Origin: Pirellula sp.
GTDB lineage: Bacteria > Planctomycetota > Planctomycetia > Pirellulales > Pirellulaceae
Direction of reading: 5' to 3'
NCBI GenBank assembly: GCA_037440405.1
Contig: JBBIUE010000005.1
Span: forward strand, 28,660 to 92,659
Length of the DNA: 64,000 nt
A program made the position numbers and the translations under genes. Position 1 is the stretch's first letter, and each line of letters opens with the position of its first letter. The notes beneath the pieces were generated by a model. It was given only the letters and a program-made list of their open reading frames with translations. It was not told where the DNA came from and ran no database searches. Below are positions 36,973 through 49,316 of the stretch, piece after piece.

Positions 36973-38393
36973 GCCAGCATCTTTTGGACGATTTCACCGT
37001 GAACGTCGGTCAATCGGAAGTCGCGTCCTTGGAAACGATAGGTCAGCTTCAGATGATTGAGGCCGAGCAAATGTAGGATGGTAGCATTCAGGTCATGCAC
37101 GTGAACTCGGTCTTCGACAGCATGAAAGCCGAGTTCGTCCGAGGCTCCGAGCGTCAAACCCGGTTTCACTCCGCCTCCCGCGAACCACATCGTGAAGGCA
37201 TTGGGGTGATGGTCGCGACCATCGTTGCCGCCCTGCACCATGGGAGTCCGACCGAACTCGCCTCCCCAAACCACCAAGGTGTCTTGAAGCATTCCGCGTC
37301 GTTTGAGGTCCATGATCAACGCTGCACAGGCTTGATCCGTGTTCTGGCAATTCTTCTTGAGATCCGCTACTAAATTTCCGTGTTGATCCCAAGCTTCGTG
37401 GAACAACTGGACGAATCGAACACCGCGCTCAAGCAAGCGCCGAGCATATAAACAATTATTAGCGAACGACGGTTTTCCAGGTTCAGCACCGTACATGCTC
37501 AGAGTCTCTTGGGTCTCATCCGACAAGTCCATCAATTGCGGCGCACTCGCTTGCATTCTGTAGGCAAGTTCGTAGGATCGAATCCGAGTTGGTATCTCCG
37601 GATCGTTGAGTTGTTCGTAATGTCGTCGATTTAGTTGCGCGATTGCATCCAAGGACAGTTTCTGCATCTGCGAATCAATGCCCGTTGGATTTGACAAATA
37701 AAGTACAGGATCACCAGCACCACGAAACTGCACACCTTGATAGACGGTGGGAAGAAAGCCGCTTCCCCAATTGCTGTTCCCACCGCTTGGCCCCTTCGAT
37801 CCCGAGCTGAACACGACAAAGCCAGGCAAGTCTTCGGACTCCGAACCAAGACCATACAGAGTCCAGGCCCCAAGGCTGGGTCGTCCAAACTGTTGCGTTC
37901 CGGTATTCATCAATATCTGTGCGGGAGCATGATTGAAAGCGTCGGTGACCATACTGCGAACGATACACAAATCATCAGCTACTTTGGCTAGATTCGGCAG
38001 CAATTCTGAAATCTCAGCTTGACACTCGCCATGCTTCGAGAATTTGAATCTCGGTCCTAGCAGCTTCGAGTTCGGGTTGATAAACGCAGCACGATAACCC
38101 TGCAGCAGATCAGGAGGGGGCAACGTCCCGTCGAAGCGAGCCAGCTCGGGTTTGTAATCAAATAATTCGAGATGGCTGGGGGCTCCTGCCATGAACAGAT
38201 AGATGACTCGTTTGGCCTTCGGTACATGATGCGTTCCGAATGGTGTTGCTTTCGAATCCGCAAGCGACTCAGAAGGGGTAAGCCACTGAGCGAGTGCGAA
38301 ACTCCCTAAGCCCACGGCACAGTCTCTCAGGAACCAGCGACGTGCGATCGATTCAGGCGAAAAGCCGCGATATTGATGTTGTTGACAATTCAT
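36969..38393 (-). CDS. DUF1501 domain protein (sulfatase-fold, Tat signal)
   Basis: The start is set at ATG 38393 because the ORF-track start at 38525 would overlap the upstream gene. It has a twin-arginine ARRWFLRDCAVGLGSFALAQ. Blocks are VIYLFMAGAPSHLELFDYKP, GRPSLGAWTLYGLG, GNSNWGSGFLP, RGMLQDTLVVWGGEFGRTP, GRDHHP and GGGVKPG. Confidence 0.9.
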   Translation of the reverse strand: MNCQQHQYRGFSPESIARRWFLRDCAVGLGSFALAQWLTPSESLADSKATPFGTHHVPKAKRVIYLFMAGAPSHLELFDYKPELARFDGTLPPPDLLQGYRAAFINPNSKLLGPRFKFSKHGECQAEISELLPNLAKVADDLCIVRSMVTDAFNHAPAQILMNTGTQQFGRPSLGAWTLYGLGSESEDLPGFVVFSSGSKGPSGGNSNWGSGFLPTVYQGVQFRGAGDPVLYLSNPTGIDSQMQKLSLDAIAQLNRRHYEQLNDPEIPTRIRSYELAYRMQASAPQLMDLSDETQETLSMYGAEPGKPSFANNCLYARRLLERGVRFVQLFHEAWDQHGNLVADLKKNCQNTDQACAALIMDLKRRGMLQDTLVVWGGEFGRTPMVQGGNDGRDHHPNAFTMWFAGGGVKPGLTLGASDELGFHAVEDRVHVHDLNATILHLLGLNHLKLTYRFQGRDFRLTDVHGEIVQKMLA

Positions 38394-38404
38394 GGCTCTT
38401 GCCT

Positions 38405-41560
<3,156 letters not shown>

Positions 41561-41903
41561 GTAACTTCCAAAACGAAGGCTCGATTGCAGTGTGGCAGGA
41601 GGAAGTCCAATCAGGCATCATCAGCCGAATCCGGATATTTTAGTTGGAAAGCACCATGGTAAAGATAACTTTCATGGGTTTCCGAATCGCGCCCCGACAA
41701 TTGCTCGATCGGCCATCTCGACGAATATCTCGGAATTCACCGCGATGAATCTCGTTCGGCTGATTTAGATCGTCTCGCCTGCTTGATTCTATCACGACCT
41801 TGAAGAAAGCTGAACCTAGCGGTAGTCTCGAAATACAAGCTGAGAAGCGCCAATCGCGCTCGCGTAGCGATTCTCGCTTTACTACCCCACCCTTTTCTTG
41901 AGT

Positions 41904-43427
41904 TTATCGAAGCGTCAGGGTGGCCGTCAAAGTCGAACGGCCACGTCGAATGACTAACTTGATGCTCCTGTCATTTTGTCCAACTGCTTTCGTGAAATCG
42001 GTGGCATTACGTACCGGTTGGTCATTCACCGAAAGAATGATATCGCGAACGACAAGGAGTTCGCCGAGCGCTCCGCCAGGATTGACTCCAGTAACGAGCA
42101 CACCTCCGTCTCTAGAAGAAAGCCCAGCTTGGCGTGCCAAGTTGGAAGGAACGGGAGCTATTTCAATCCCTAACTGTTCGATGAGACGGCCACCAGCAAT
42201 CGCGGCCAACTTCTCGTCCGTTTGCTCTTCGATGATGACATTGAGAGTCAATGATTTGCCATTCCGAATGATGCCTAGAGAAGTCCTCTGACCGGGTGAT
42301 ATAAGTGCGATCTCTCTTCGCAGTTGGCTGCTATTCTGAATCGGTTTGCCATCGAGAGATACCACGACATCACCCACCTGCAAACCACCCTTGGATGCAG
42401 GTCCATCCTCCGCGATATTTGCAATGTAAACGCCTGAAGTTCCGGGGGGCAATCCATAGTGTTCAACACCAGCCGGCGTTAAATCCTCCAGCGATGTTCC
42501 GAGGTAGCCGCGAACCATCCGACCATGTTTAATGATACTGTCAAAAGCGGCACGAACCATGTTGCTCGGAATCGCGAAGCCGATGCCGTCAAAACTGCCC
42601 GAGCGAGAAGCGATCGCCATGTTAATTCCGATGATTTCGCCTCGCAAATTGAGCAGCGGGCCGCCACTATTGCCCGGATTGATGGCCGCGTCCGTTTGAA
42701 TCAAATCATCATATTGAGTAATGTTCTCTTCGCGATTCATGGCACTGATGATGCCAGCCGTCACGGTCTGTGCCAAACCAAAGGGACTGCCAATGGCAAT
42801 GACCCAATCACCGACTTCCATGTCCGATGAGTCACCAATCGGAGCTGCCACCAACCCAGAAGCGTCGACTTTGAGTACCGCCAAGTCCCCTTTCTCGTCG
42901 GTTCCGACCAAACGAGCGTCAAAGGATCGGTTGTCGCTGAGTTGCACGGAAATCTTTGAAGCGTTTCGGACGACATGATTATTGGTGATGATATAGCCAT
43001 CGGGGCTGACAATGACACCGGAACCCATGTCTTCCTGCGGTCGTTGCGGCATCTGAAAGTCAAATTCATCAAATAGGCGACCACCAAAAAATTGCTCAAA
43101 TTCGGGGGGGAATGGCATTCTCTGCCTGCGACCGGCAACCCGCTCATTAGGATTTCCAATGGTGACCGAAATGCTAACGACGCTGGGCTTCACGGCCTTT
43201 GCGACGTTTCGAAAGGCCATGGACAACTGGTCCGCACTGGCGATCAGGTCCTCACGAGCTCTTTCTGCAACGACTTTTTGCTGAGCATAGACAACCGAAG
43301 GCGAAGAACTCCCTGAAGGCCGAACAATCCAAATCGCAACGAAAATGATTCCAGCAAGTACGAGCCATCGGATGGTTAGCGATGGAGACATGGTGGCAGA
43401 CTCCTCAAACTGAGAACACCGATACAC
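41904..43427 (-). CDS. HtrA/DegP/DegQ family serine protease with two PDZ domains
   Basis: The catalytic triad context is GSGVIVSPDGYIITNNHVV (His), GDLAVLKV (Asp) and INPGNSGGPLLN (Ser). The N-terminal anchor is IRWLVLAGIIFVAIWIV. The start may be ATG 43391 (MSPSL...). Confidence 0.9.
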   Translation of the reverse strand: MYRCSQFEESATMSPSLTIRWLVLAGIIFVAIWIVRPSGSSSPSVVYAQQKVVAERAREDLIASADQLSMAFRNVAKAVKPSVVSISVTIGNPNERVAGRRQRMPFPPEFEQFFGGRLFDEFDFQMPQRPQEDMGSGVIVSPDGYIITNNHVVRNASKISVQLSDNRSFDARLVGTDEKGDLAVLKVDASGLVAAPIGDSSDMEVGDWVIAIGSPFGLAQTVTAGIISAMNREENITQYDDLIQTDAAINPGNSGGPLLNLRGEIIGINMAIASRSGSFDGIGFAIPSNMVRAAFDSIIKHGRMVRGYLGTSLEDLTPAGVEHYGLPPGTSGVYIANIAEDGPASKGGLQVGDVVVSLDGKPIQNSSQLRREIALISPGQRTSLGIIRNGKSLTLNVIIEEQTDEKLAAIAGGRLIEQLGIEIAPVPSNLARQAGLSSRDGGVLVTGVNPGGALGELLVVRDIILSVNDQPVRNATDFTKAVGQNDRSIKLVIRRGRSTLTATLTLR

Positions 43428-43875
43428 GAGATAGTCACCGATGAAAACACTTTCCCGACCAATTTAGCAAATTTCCAAAACGATGAATACTAGAGTGCGA
43501 GTTCCGTGCCAGACTTGGTAGCTTGTCAAATGATGTTCTTCGGAAACAACGGTGGGGGAAGAAAGTACCGAAGATGAACAATGCAGCGAAGATTTCATTC
43601 AAAAGCGATCCAAGGTCGTAGCGGATATCCGTCGGATTTGTGGAATTTGCGGGTGGTTCCAACATTAGCCGCAGGCGTGCGGGCAACGCGCTGTCCATCG
43701 TTGGCAATAGCGCACTCCTTCGACCGGCGGCTCAAACTCCAACTCCCTGTAACAAGGTACGTTCATTCATTGAGTGCAGGCGGGAAGCTTTCAATCAAAC
43801 CAACAATCGTTGCCTTGACAATGCAATCAAATTGAATTTTGTTTGAAGCGAAATTTTCCGTGATCTCCATTCGCT

Positions 43876-43910
43876 AAAAAAAGAAAGCGGTCATCGCAAA
43901 CGATGACCGC
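43876..43910 (-). terminator. Rho-independent terminator of the YTV-repeat gene
   Basis: A perfect 10-bp stem, GCGGTCATCG / CGATGACCGC (43887-43896 / 43901-43910), with a 4-nt loop. On the minus strand it is followed by TTTCTTTTTTT (A-tract 43876-43886 on +). It lies 48 nt past the stop at 43958. Confidence 0.75.
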
Positions 43911-43957
43911 CTTCAAAATTGAGTGTGACTGAGAGTAAACCCAGCCAAAATAAACAA

Positions 43958-45607
43958 CTAGCAGCCGCAGCCACCGCAACCGCTGTTGCAGCCACCGCAA
44001 CCACCGCGTCGCATGATTCCCATGCGACCACCGCAATTGCCGCTCATGCTGCCGCAGCCATTATTGACCGGAACAGTGATGGTCTGAGGGACCATGCGGC
44101 AAACAGTAACATCGACCTCTTCTTGAACCGTTTGAGGGACGCATACCTTGTAGGTCTCGGTCTTCTCTTCCTGAACGCAATCGTACACGGTTACGTTGTA
44201 GGTTCGACTTCGTTGTTCAGGAACCATGACGGTGCAAGCAACTTCCTTCATCTGTACCTGTTGCTCACAGGTCGTAACGTCAACCATCCGCGACCTTTCA
44301 ACGGGAGTGCAAACAACTCGGGTCACAGGACGAGTACGATTTTCCATTTCGCAAACCGTCTTCGAAACTTGATAGGTCCGAGTCTGCGGCTGCATGGTAC
44401 ATTGCTTGACAGTACGGGTCTTTTCAACCGTCTGATACGATACTTTGTTGACCGTGCGAGTCTTGGTCTCAGGAGTGTAAACGCACTTCTTGACCGTGCG
44501 CTGTCGCGGTTCAGGCTTGCAAACGGTGACGTTGTACGTGTAAGGCTCGTCAACCATTTGAGTTTGGTAGGTCGTGTTGGGAACTTCTTCCGTCACAACG
44601 TTTGGAACCCAAACTCTGCGAGTAACGGTTTGCATGGTCGGACCACATCCGCAACCGGAGTCAACGGATCCGCCACAATCGCCGCAACCGGAAGAACATC
44701 CGGAAGAGCATCCACCGCAATCCGATGCACAAGGTGCTGGAGCGCATCCGCCGCAGCTTCCGCAACCTCTGCGACCGCGAAGCAATCCACAGCCTGCCAG
44801 AAGTCCGCGACGTCCGCCGTAAGAAGAGTAACCGACGGAAGCTCCGCAGGCATTCGAGACCGGAACTTCTTCCGTAACGCATTGGTACGAGCCCATGTCT
44901 CTTGTGACCGTTCTCGTTCCATTAACAGCAATCGTCTTGCAAACCTTTCGGACGCCTTCACGTGTTTCCACATGTGGGACCATCACGGTGTAGTCAACAA
45001 CTTCCTCAACATAGGAAGGAGTATTGACTACATAGGTTTCCTCAACCGGAGTCACAACGGCTTCGCAAACTTTGTAGGTCTGTACAACGTCCGAGTAAAC
45101 GGGAACCATTACGGTGCAAGTGCGATCTTCTACAACCACGCGCGATACTGGAACGGTGTAGCTCACGTCTTCTGTAACTGTCGAACGCTGCATTTCAACG
45201 TACTTCTGCTCGACCTGCTTCGTCACAGGCACGTTAACGGTTACGGAGACCTGCTTCATTTCCGTCTTTGGAACCATGACCGTATAGTTTTCGGTCTTGG
45301 TTTCTGTGCGAGGTACTCGCTTCGTCACGGTGTAGGTGCGAGTTCGGTCTTCCATCGTATTAACCACTTTGGTAACCATTCTCTTCTCTACAACCTGTTG
45401 AGGCACCATCACGGTACGCTCGACATAAGTCACGCCGCAATCGGCCGCGACAGCACCGCCGCCGCAACCGCCACAATCAGCAGACGTAGCTGGTGTTCCG
45501 CCGGAACAGCCACCACATCCCCCGCAACCGCCGCAATCAGCGGATGCTCGCACCGCCCCGAATAGCATCATGGCAAGTGCGAAGGTGTAAACCAATTTCA
45601 ATCTCAT
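43958..45607 (-). CDS. Secreted YTV-repeat protein with three Cys/Gly (CGGC)n clusters (planctomycete wall-type protein)
   Basis: The start is set at ATG 45607 (GGAG 6 nt upstream; MRLKLVYTFALAMMLFGAVRASA signal). The N-terminal cluster is CGGCGGCGGCSGG..CGGCGGG. Then come T/V/E/K/R-rich repeats with four exact YTV tripeptides (TYTVT, NYTVM, SYTVP, DYTVM) plus CTV/YNV/YQV/YKV variants. The central cluster is CGSCGGCAPAPCASDCGGCSSGCSSGCGDCGG..GCGCG and the C-terminal one is GGCGGCNSGCGGCGC. A terminator follows downstream. Confidence 0.85.
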   Translation of the reverse strand: MRLKLVYTFALAMMLFGAVRASADCGGCGGCGGCSGGTPATSADCGGCGGGAVAADCGVTYVERTVMVPQQVVEKRMVTKVVNTMEDRTRTYTVTKRVPRTETKTENYTVMVPKTEMKQVSVTVNVPVTKQVEQKYVEMQRSTVTEDVSYTVPVSRVVVEDRTCTVMVPVYSDVVQTYKVCEAVVTPVEETYVVNTPSYVEEVVDYTVMVPHVETREGVRKVCKTIAVNGTRTVTRDMGSYQCVTEEVPVSNACGASVGYSSYGGRRGLLAGCGLLRGRRGCGSCGGCAPAPCASDCGGCSSGCSSGCGDCGGSVDSGCGCGPTMQTVTRRVWVPNVVTEEVPNTTYQTQMVDEPYTYNVTVCKPEPRQRTVKKCVYTPETKTRTVNKVSYQTVEKTRTVKQCTMQPQTRTYQVSKTVCEMENRTRPVTRVVCTPVERSRMVDVTTCEQQVQMKEVACTVMVPEQRSRTYNVTVYDCVQEEKTETYKVCVPQTVQEEVDVTVCRMVPQTITVPVNNGCGSMSGNCGGRMGIMRRGGCGGCNSGCGGCGC

Positions 45608-46514
45608 CGGAAACTCCAAAAACAAAGAAAAGTGACCCGAAGGTTCACAAAACCCAAAAATGGGACTTGACTCAATGAACTGCTAAACCACCCAATAGTG
45701 GGATTGGACTCAGAACGATAGCTTATACTTTGTGCAATGAATAGAAGATTCTAGCTGAAGGTTCTGTGTACGGAAGGTATTGCCGGAAAAATTCCCGCAT
45801 TTTTTCTGTTTTAACAATTCTGGCTGATTCAAAGCCAATCGTCTTCAAATTGGGTGTATTGCGATGAGTTTGACGACGTCTGCCGTCTCTCCATTGTGGT
45901 GACTGTAAACGAATGTAATTCCTGCGGAATGCGATTCGTAAAACAAGAGAAGAAATGAGGGCAACAGGCTATGTCGAGATCTGCGAATGGATTTGCTCGA
46001 CTGACACAGCCTTCATCGAGTGAGATTCCTGTTGAGTGGTCAAGATGTTGGAGACGCATGAGCTAGGACTCTCAAGGCGATCGCCAATCGAATCAAACGA
46101 TTCCCAGGACTCGCAGCATCTTCATGATGTGAGCCTTGCCAATTCGTCGAGCGTATGGTTCGTTCAACTCGGTACCGCTCGCACTTGCGAATCGAACGCA
46201 AGAAAATGAACGACAAAATGACGCATATTTGCGACTCGCGTTGCGACGCGATCCAACAGTTCAAAGTTCAAAGTCGGCAAACAATTTCGAGAAAACGTTC
46301 GCAGCTAGCCGATAATGCGTTGGATAAAACTTCGGTTCCTCGGTGTGCTGAATACTCCTGAAGTCGAATAACCAGCGCGATGCGACGGAACCTGTAAGGT
46401 TGAACGCATTATCTCGCGAATCTATACTTAACGCAGAGAATAAACTGTTAGTAGGGATCAAAGCACTGGGTTCGATATGGAAGGCCCTTTTGAGAAGTTG
46501 ACGGTGACAGTCCC

Positions 46515-48062
46515 TTGACGACGAGTAATCTGTTGCTGCCAAGTGAGGAAGTGTTGGATGGGATGCCAGACGGAGTCTGTCTTCTCGACGCTGATCTCGT
46601 TGTCCAATGGGCCAACCGACGATTCCGCGAGATGTGGCGCAATGACAGTCCGGTAGGCTCGGATTTCTTTAGTGTATTGCAGCATCCCCAGTTCTTCAAT
46701 TCCGTCTCTCCTTTCGAATGCCTTCGTGATGACGCTGACGAGGGTTCCTCGGCCGCAACCGCAACTCTCCAATGTGCAGATGACCGCTTTTTTGATTTGC
46801 ACACCGCGCGGCTCCAAAGCAATTCTCTGGGAAGTTTTTACGTCGTCACGTTAAGCGAATCGACTGGCGAAGTTCGGCAGCAGCAGAAAATGGCTGCCAT
46901 CCATCAAGCTGGAAGCAAGCTGACGGATTTGAAACCGGAAGAAATCTTGGCTATGGACGTCGAGCAGCGTATCGACTACTTGAAAGACAACATTCGACAT
47001 TACACGCGGAACTTGCTGAATTTTGAAGTGATCGAAATCCGACTTTTGGAACGATCGTCGGGACAGTTGATACCGCTGCTTTCGGTGGGGATCGATCAAT
47101 CGGCTGCGGATCGAAGGTTGCTGGCTCGACCGCAGGCGAATGGCGTGACTGGATGGGTAGCCGCCTGCGGCGAAAGTTATCTTTGTCCGGATACGGTCTC
47201 TGACCCGATTTACATTGAGGGCTTCAAAGGAGCGCGAAGTTCGTTGACGGTGCCACTCATCCTGCACGATCAAGTGATCGGGACAATCAATGTGGAAAGT
47301 CCAAAGGTACGCGCATTCAATCTGAGCGATCAACAGTTCCTAGAGATATTCGCCCGCGATGTCTCGGTTGCTTTGAATACTCTTGAGTTGCTCGTCGCGC
47401 AAAAGACCAACGCGGCTCATCAAAGTTGTGAAGCGATCCATGCTGCAGTATCGACTCCAATTGACGAGATCTTGGTGGATGCGACGAGCGTCATCGAGAA
47501 TACAGCGGGCTCGGACGTTGACCAAGTTGCACGAGCGAGACGAATCCTTCGAAATACACGTACCATCAAACAAGCGATACATCGGGTCCGACAGTCGGTG
47601 GCTCCCATGGAAGCCATCGTTGGTCAAGTCGACTACAAGCGACTTGAGCGGCTCCGAGGCAAACGCATTCTAGTCGTCGATGCGGACCCCACGATTCGAG
47701 CGGACGCGCATGCTTTGCTGGAGCCCTATGGTTGCCTGATCGAGGCTGCAGGATGTGGCGATGAAGCCGTGGCCATGGTTCGCAATTGCGAACAGGGCGA
47801 AGGATATGATTTGTATCTCGCGGATATTCGGCTGCCTGATTACTCTGGCTACCAACTAATGGTGCGCCTTCAGCAGTTCATGAAGCACGTTCCTCTCATT
47901 TTGATGTCTGGTTATGGCTATGATCCAGGCCACTCGATTGTGAAGGCTCGGCAAGCTGGACTGCACCCTAAAGGTCTGGTCTCCAAACCTTTTCGTGTCG
48001 ATCAACTTCTGCTCGCGGTCGAAACCATCGTTGAATCTCGTCCGTCAGCTTCCGCCGGTTAG
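46515..48062 (+). CDS. PAS-GAF-receiver (REC) signalling protein without recognisable output domain
   Basis: 515-aa ORF with a TTG start. PAS-like: VLDGMPDGVCLLDADLVVQWANRRFREMW. GAF: GVTGWVAACGESYLCPDTVSDPIYIEGFKGARSSLTVPLILHDQVIGTINVES. REC: KRILVVDADPTIR...YDLYLADIRLPDYSG...PLILMSGYG...VSKPF. Confidence 0.8.
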   Translation: MTTSNLLLPSEEVLDGMPDGVCLLDADLVVQWANRRFREMWRNDSPVGSDFFSVLQHPQFFNSVSPFECLRDDADEGSSAATATLQCADDRFFDLHTARLQSNSLGSFYVVTLSESTGEVRQQQKMAAIHQAGSKLTDLKPEEILAMDVEQRIDYLKDNIRHYTRNLLNFEVIEIRLLERSSGQLIPLLSVGIDQSAADRRLLARPQANGVTGWVAACGESYLCPDTVSDPIYIEGFKGARSSLTVPLILHDQVIGTINVESPKVRAFNLSDQQFLEIFARDVSVALNTLELLVAQKTNAAHQSCEAIHAAVSTPIDEILVDATSVIENTAGSDVDQVARARRILRNTRTIKQAIHRVRQSVAPMEAIVGQVDYKRLERLRGKRILVVDADPTIRADAHALLEPYGCLIEAAGCGDEAVAMVRNCEQGEGYDLYLADIRLPDYSGYQLMVRLQQFMKHVPLILMSGYGYDPGHSIVKARQAGLHPKGLVSKPFRVDQLLLAVETIVESRPSASAG

Positions 48063-48098
48063 AGCTGTCGTTCGCCAACCAAGAATGCGGGCGATGCC

Positions 48099-49316
48099 AT
48101 GGATTTTTGGGAAGTTGCCAAAGTCGTCTTGCTGGGAGTCGTTCTACTTGGGCACACTGGATTCTGGTTGGCTTGTTTCAATCGCATCAACGCGACCGGT
48201 CTAGCGCGAACCACGATCAAGTTCCTCGAGAAGACGTTCATTTTGGCATGGGGCATGATACTGATCATCGCTCTGTTGAGAATGTGGTCCAAGGTGCTGA
48301 ACTGGGTCGGTCATGGGTCAGTCACTGACCTTTGGGAATCCTCACCGTCTTTCGGGTTTTATGCGGTGTTCTGCCTCCTCGCAGCAGTAACTCTTGGAGT
48401 TCCTTGGGTCGTCAACCGCCTTCCGCTTCATTTCCAGTCGTCTCGATTGTCAAGCTGTTTGACTCAGCGATGGGACCTCAACCAAGAGATCGCTCGAGTG
48501 ACCACGGCCGGAACCCTCACGAGCGCGTTCGCAAGGATTCCATGGAATGATATCGATCGGTTGGAATTGACCGTGAAGCACATCAACTTTACGCAACTGG
48601 GCATGGCATTCACCGGAATGCGGATCGGCCATGTCTCAGACTTCCATTTGACTGGCGGCATGGAGTTGGATTTCTATCGTTTCGCTGCAGAAAAACTGCG
48701 ATCGGAACATCCTGACGTGATCGTTGTGAGCGGTGATCTTGTTGATTACGACGAATTCGTTCCCGCAATGGTCGACCTTGCCAAAGAATGGCAAGCTCCT
48801 CTCGGTACATACTTCGTGCTCGGAAATCATGACCGACGATTGTCAAACGTTCCGGAGTTTCGAAGGAAGCTGCGGGACACGAGTTGGGTAGATGTCAGCG
48901 CTCATCCAGTATCGATACGAGTGGGCAATGGGAGGATTCTCCTGGCTGGAAATGAGTGGCCCTGGTTTCCACGGCGATGTGGGTGGTCGCAATCGACCGA
49001 GAACGAATTCGAGTCGGACTGGACTCTGCGATTAGCGGTGGCTCATACCCCCGATCAGTTTCGTTGGGCGGAAGGGCTTCATGCGAACCTGATGCTTGCT
49101 GGTCACTTGCATGGCGGGCAGGCTCGGTTTCCGATTGTTGGTCCGATCGTCGCTCCGAGTTGGCATGGAAGCCGTTTTGCGTGCGGCGTTTTCGAGTTTC
49201 CTAGTCGGATGGTGATGCATGTCAGCCGCGGATTGGGCGGAATCCACCCTCTGCGCTTCCGTTGTTTGCCGGAAGTGACCGTCTTAGTACTTTCGAATCA
49301 GAATGTATCCGGATAG
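48099..49316 (+). CDS. Membrane-anchored calcineurin-like metallophosphoesterase
   Basis: 405-aa ORF with N-terminal hydrophobic helices. Motifs are GHVSDFHL, VVSGDLVDY, LGNHD, VAHTP and GHLHGG. Confidence 0.85.
   Translation: MDFWEVAKVVLLGVVLLGHTGFWLACFNRINATGLARTTIKFLEKTFILAWGMILIIALLRMWSKVLNWVGHGSVTDLWESSPSFGFYAVFCLLAAVTLGVPWVVNRLPLHFQSSRLSSCLTQRWDLNQEIARVTTAGTLTSAFARIPWNDIDRLELTVKHINFTQLGMAFTGMRIGHVSDFHLTGGMELDFYRFAAEKLRSEHPDVIVVSGDLVDYDEFVPAMVDLAKEWQAPLGTYFVLGNHDRRLSNVPEFRRKLRDTSWVDVSAHPVSIRVGNGRILLAGNEWPWFPRRCGWSQSTENEFESDWTLRLAVAHTPDQFRWAEGLHANLMLAGHLHGGQARFPIVGPIVAPSWHGSRFACGVFEFPSRMVMHVSRGLGGIHPLRFRCLPEVTVLVLSNQNVSG

Noticed and set aside
43919-45565. 548-aa ORF on the + strand, nearly as long as the YTV gene it overlaps
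   Set aside because: It is antisense to the YTV-repeat gene. The minus-strand reading has a signal peptide, a GGAG RBS, a known repeat family and a strong terminator. The + strand product is compositionally odd (N/H/R/L/A-rich), with no start context. The long open antisense frame is a by-product of the ACN/GTN/GGC-rich codon usage.
45829-46542. Three consecutive short minus-strand ORFs in different frames, considered as a decayed transposase/IS remnant
   Set aside because: I recognised no DDE/HTH or other transposase motif, no inverted repeats and no target duplication. It is kept only as part of the long-spacer finding.
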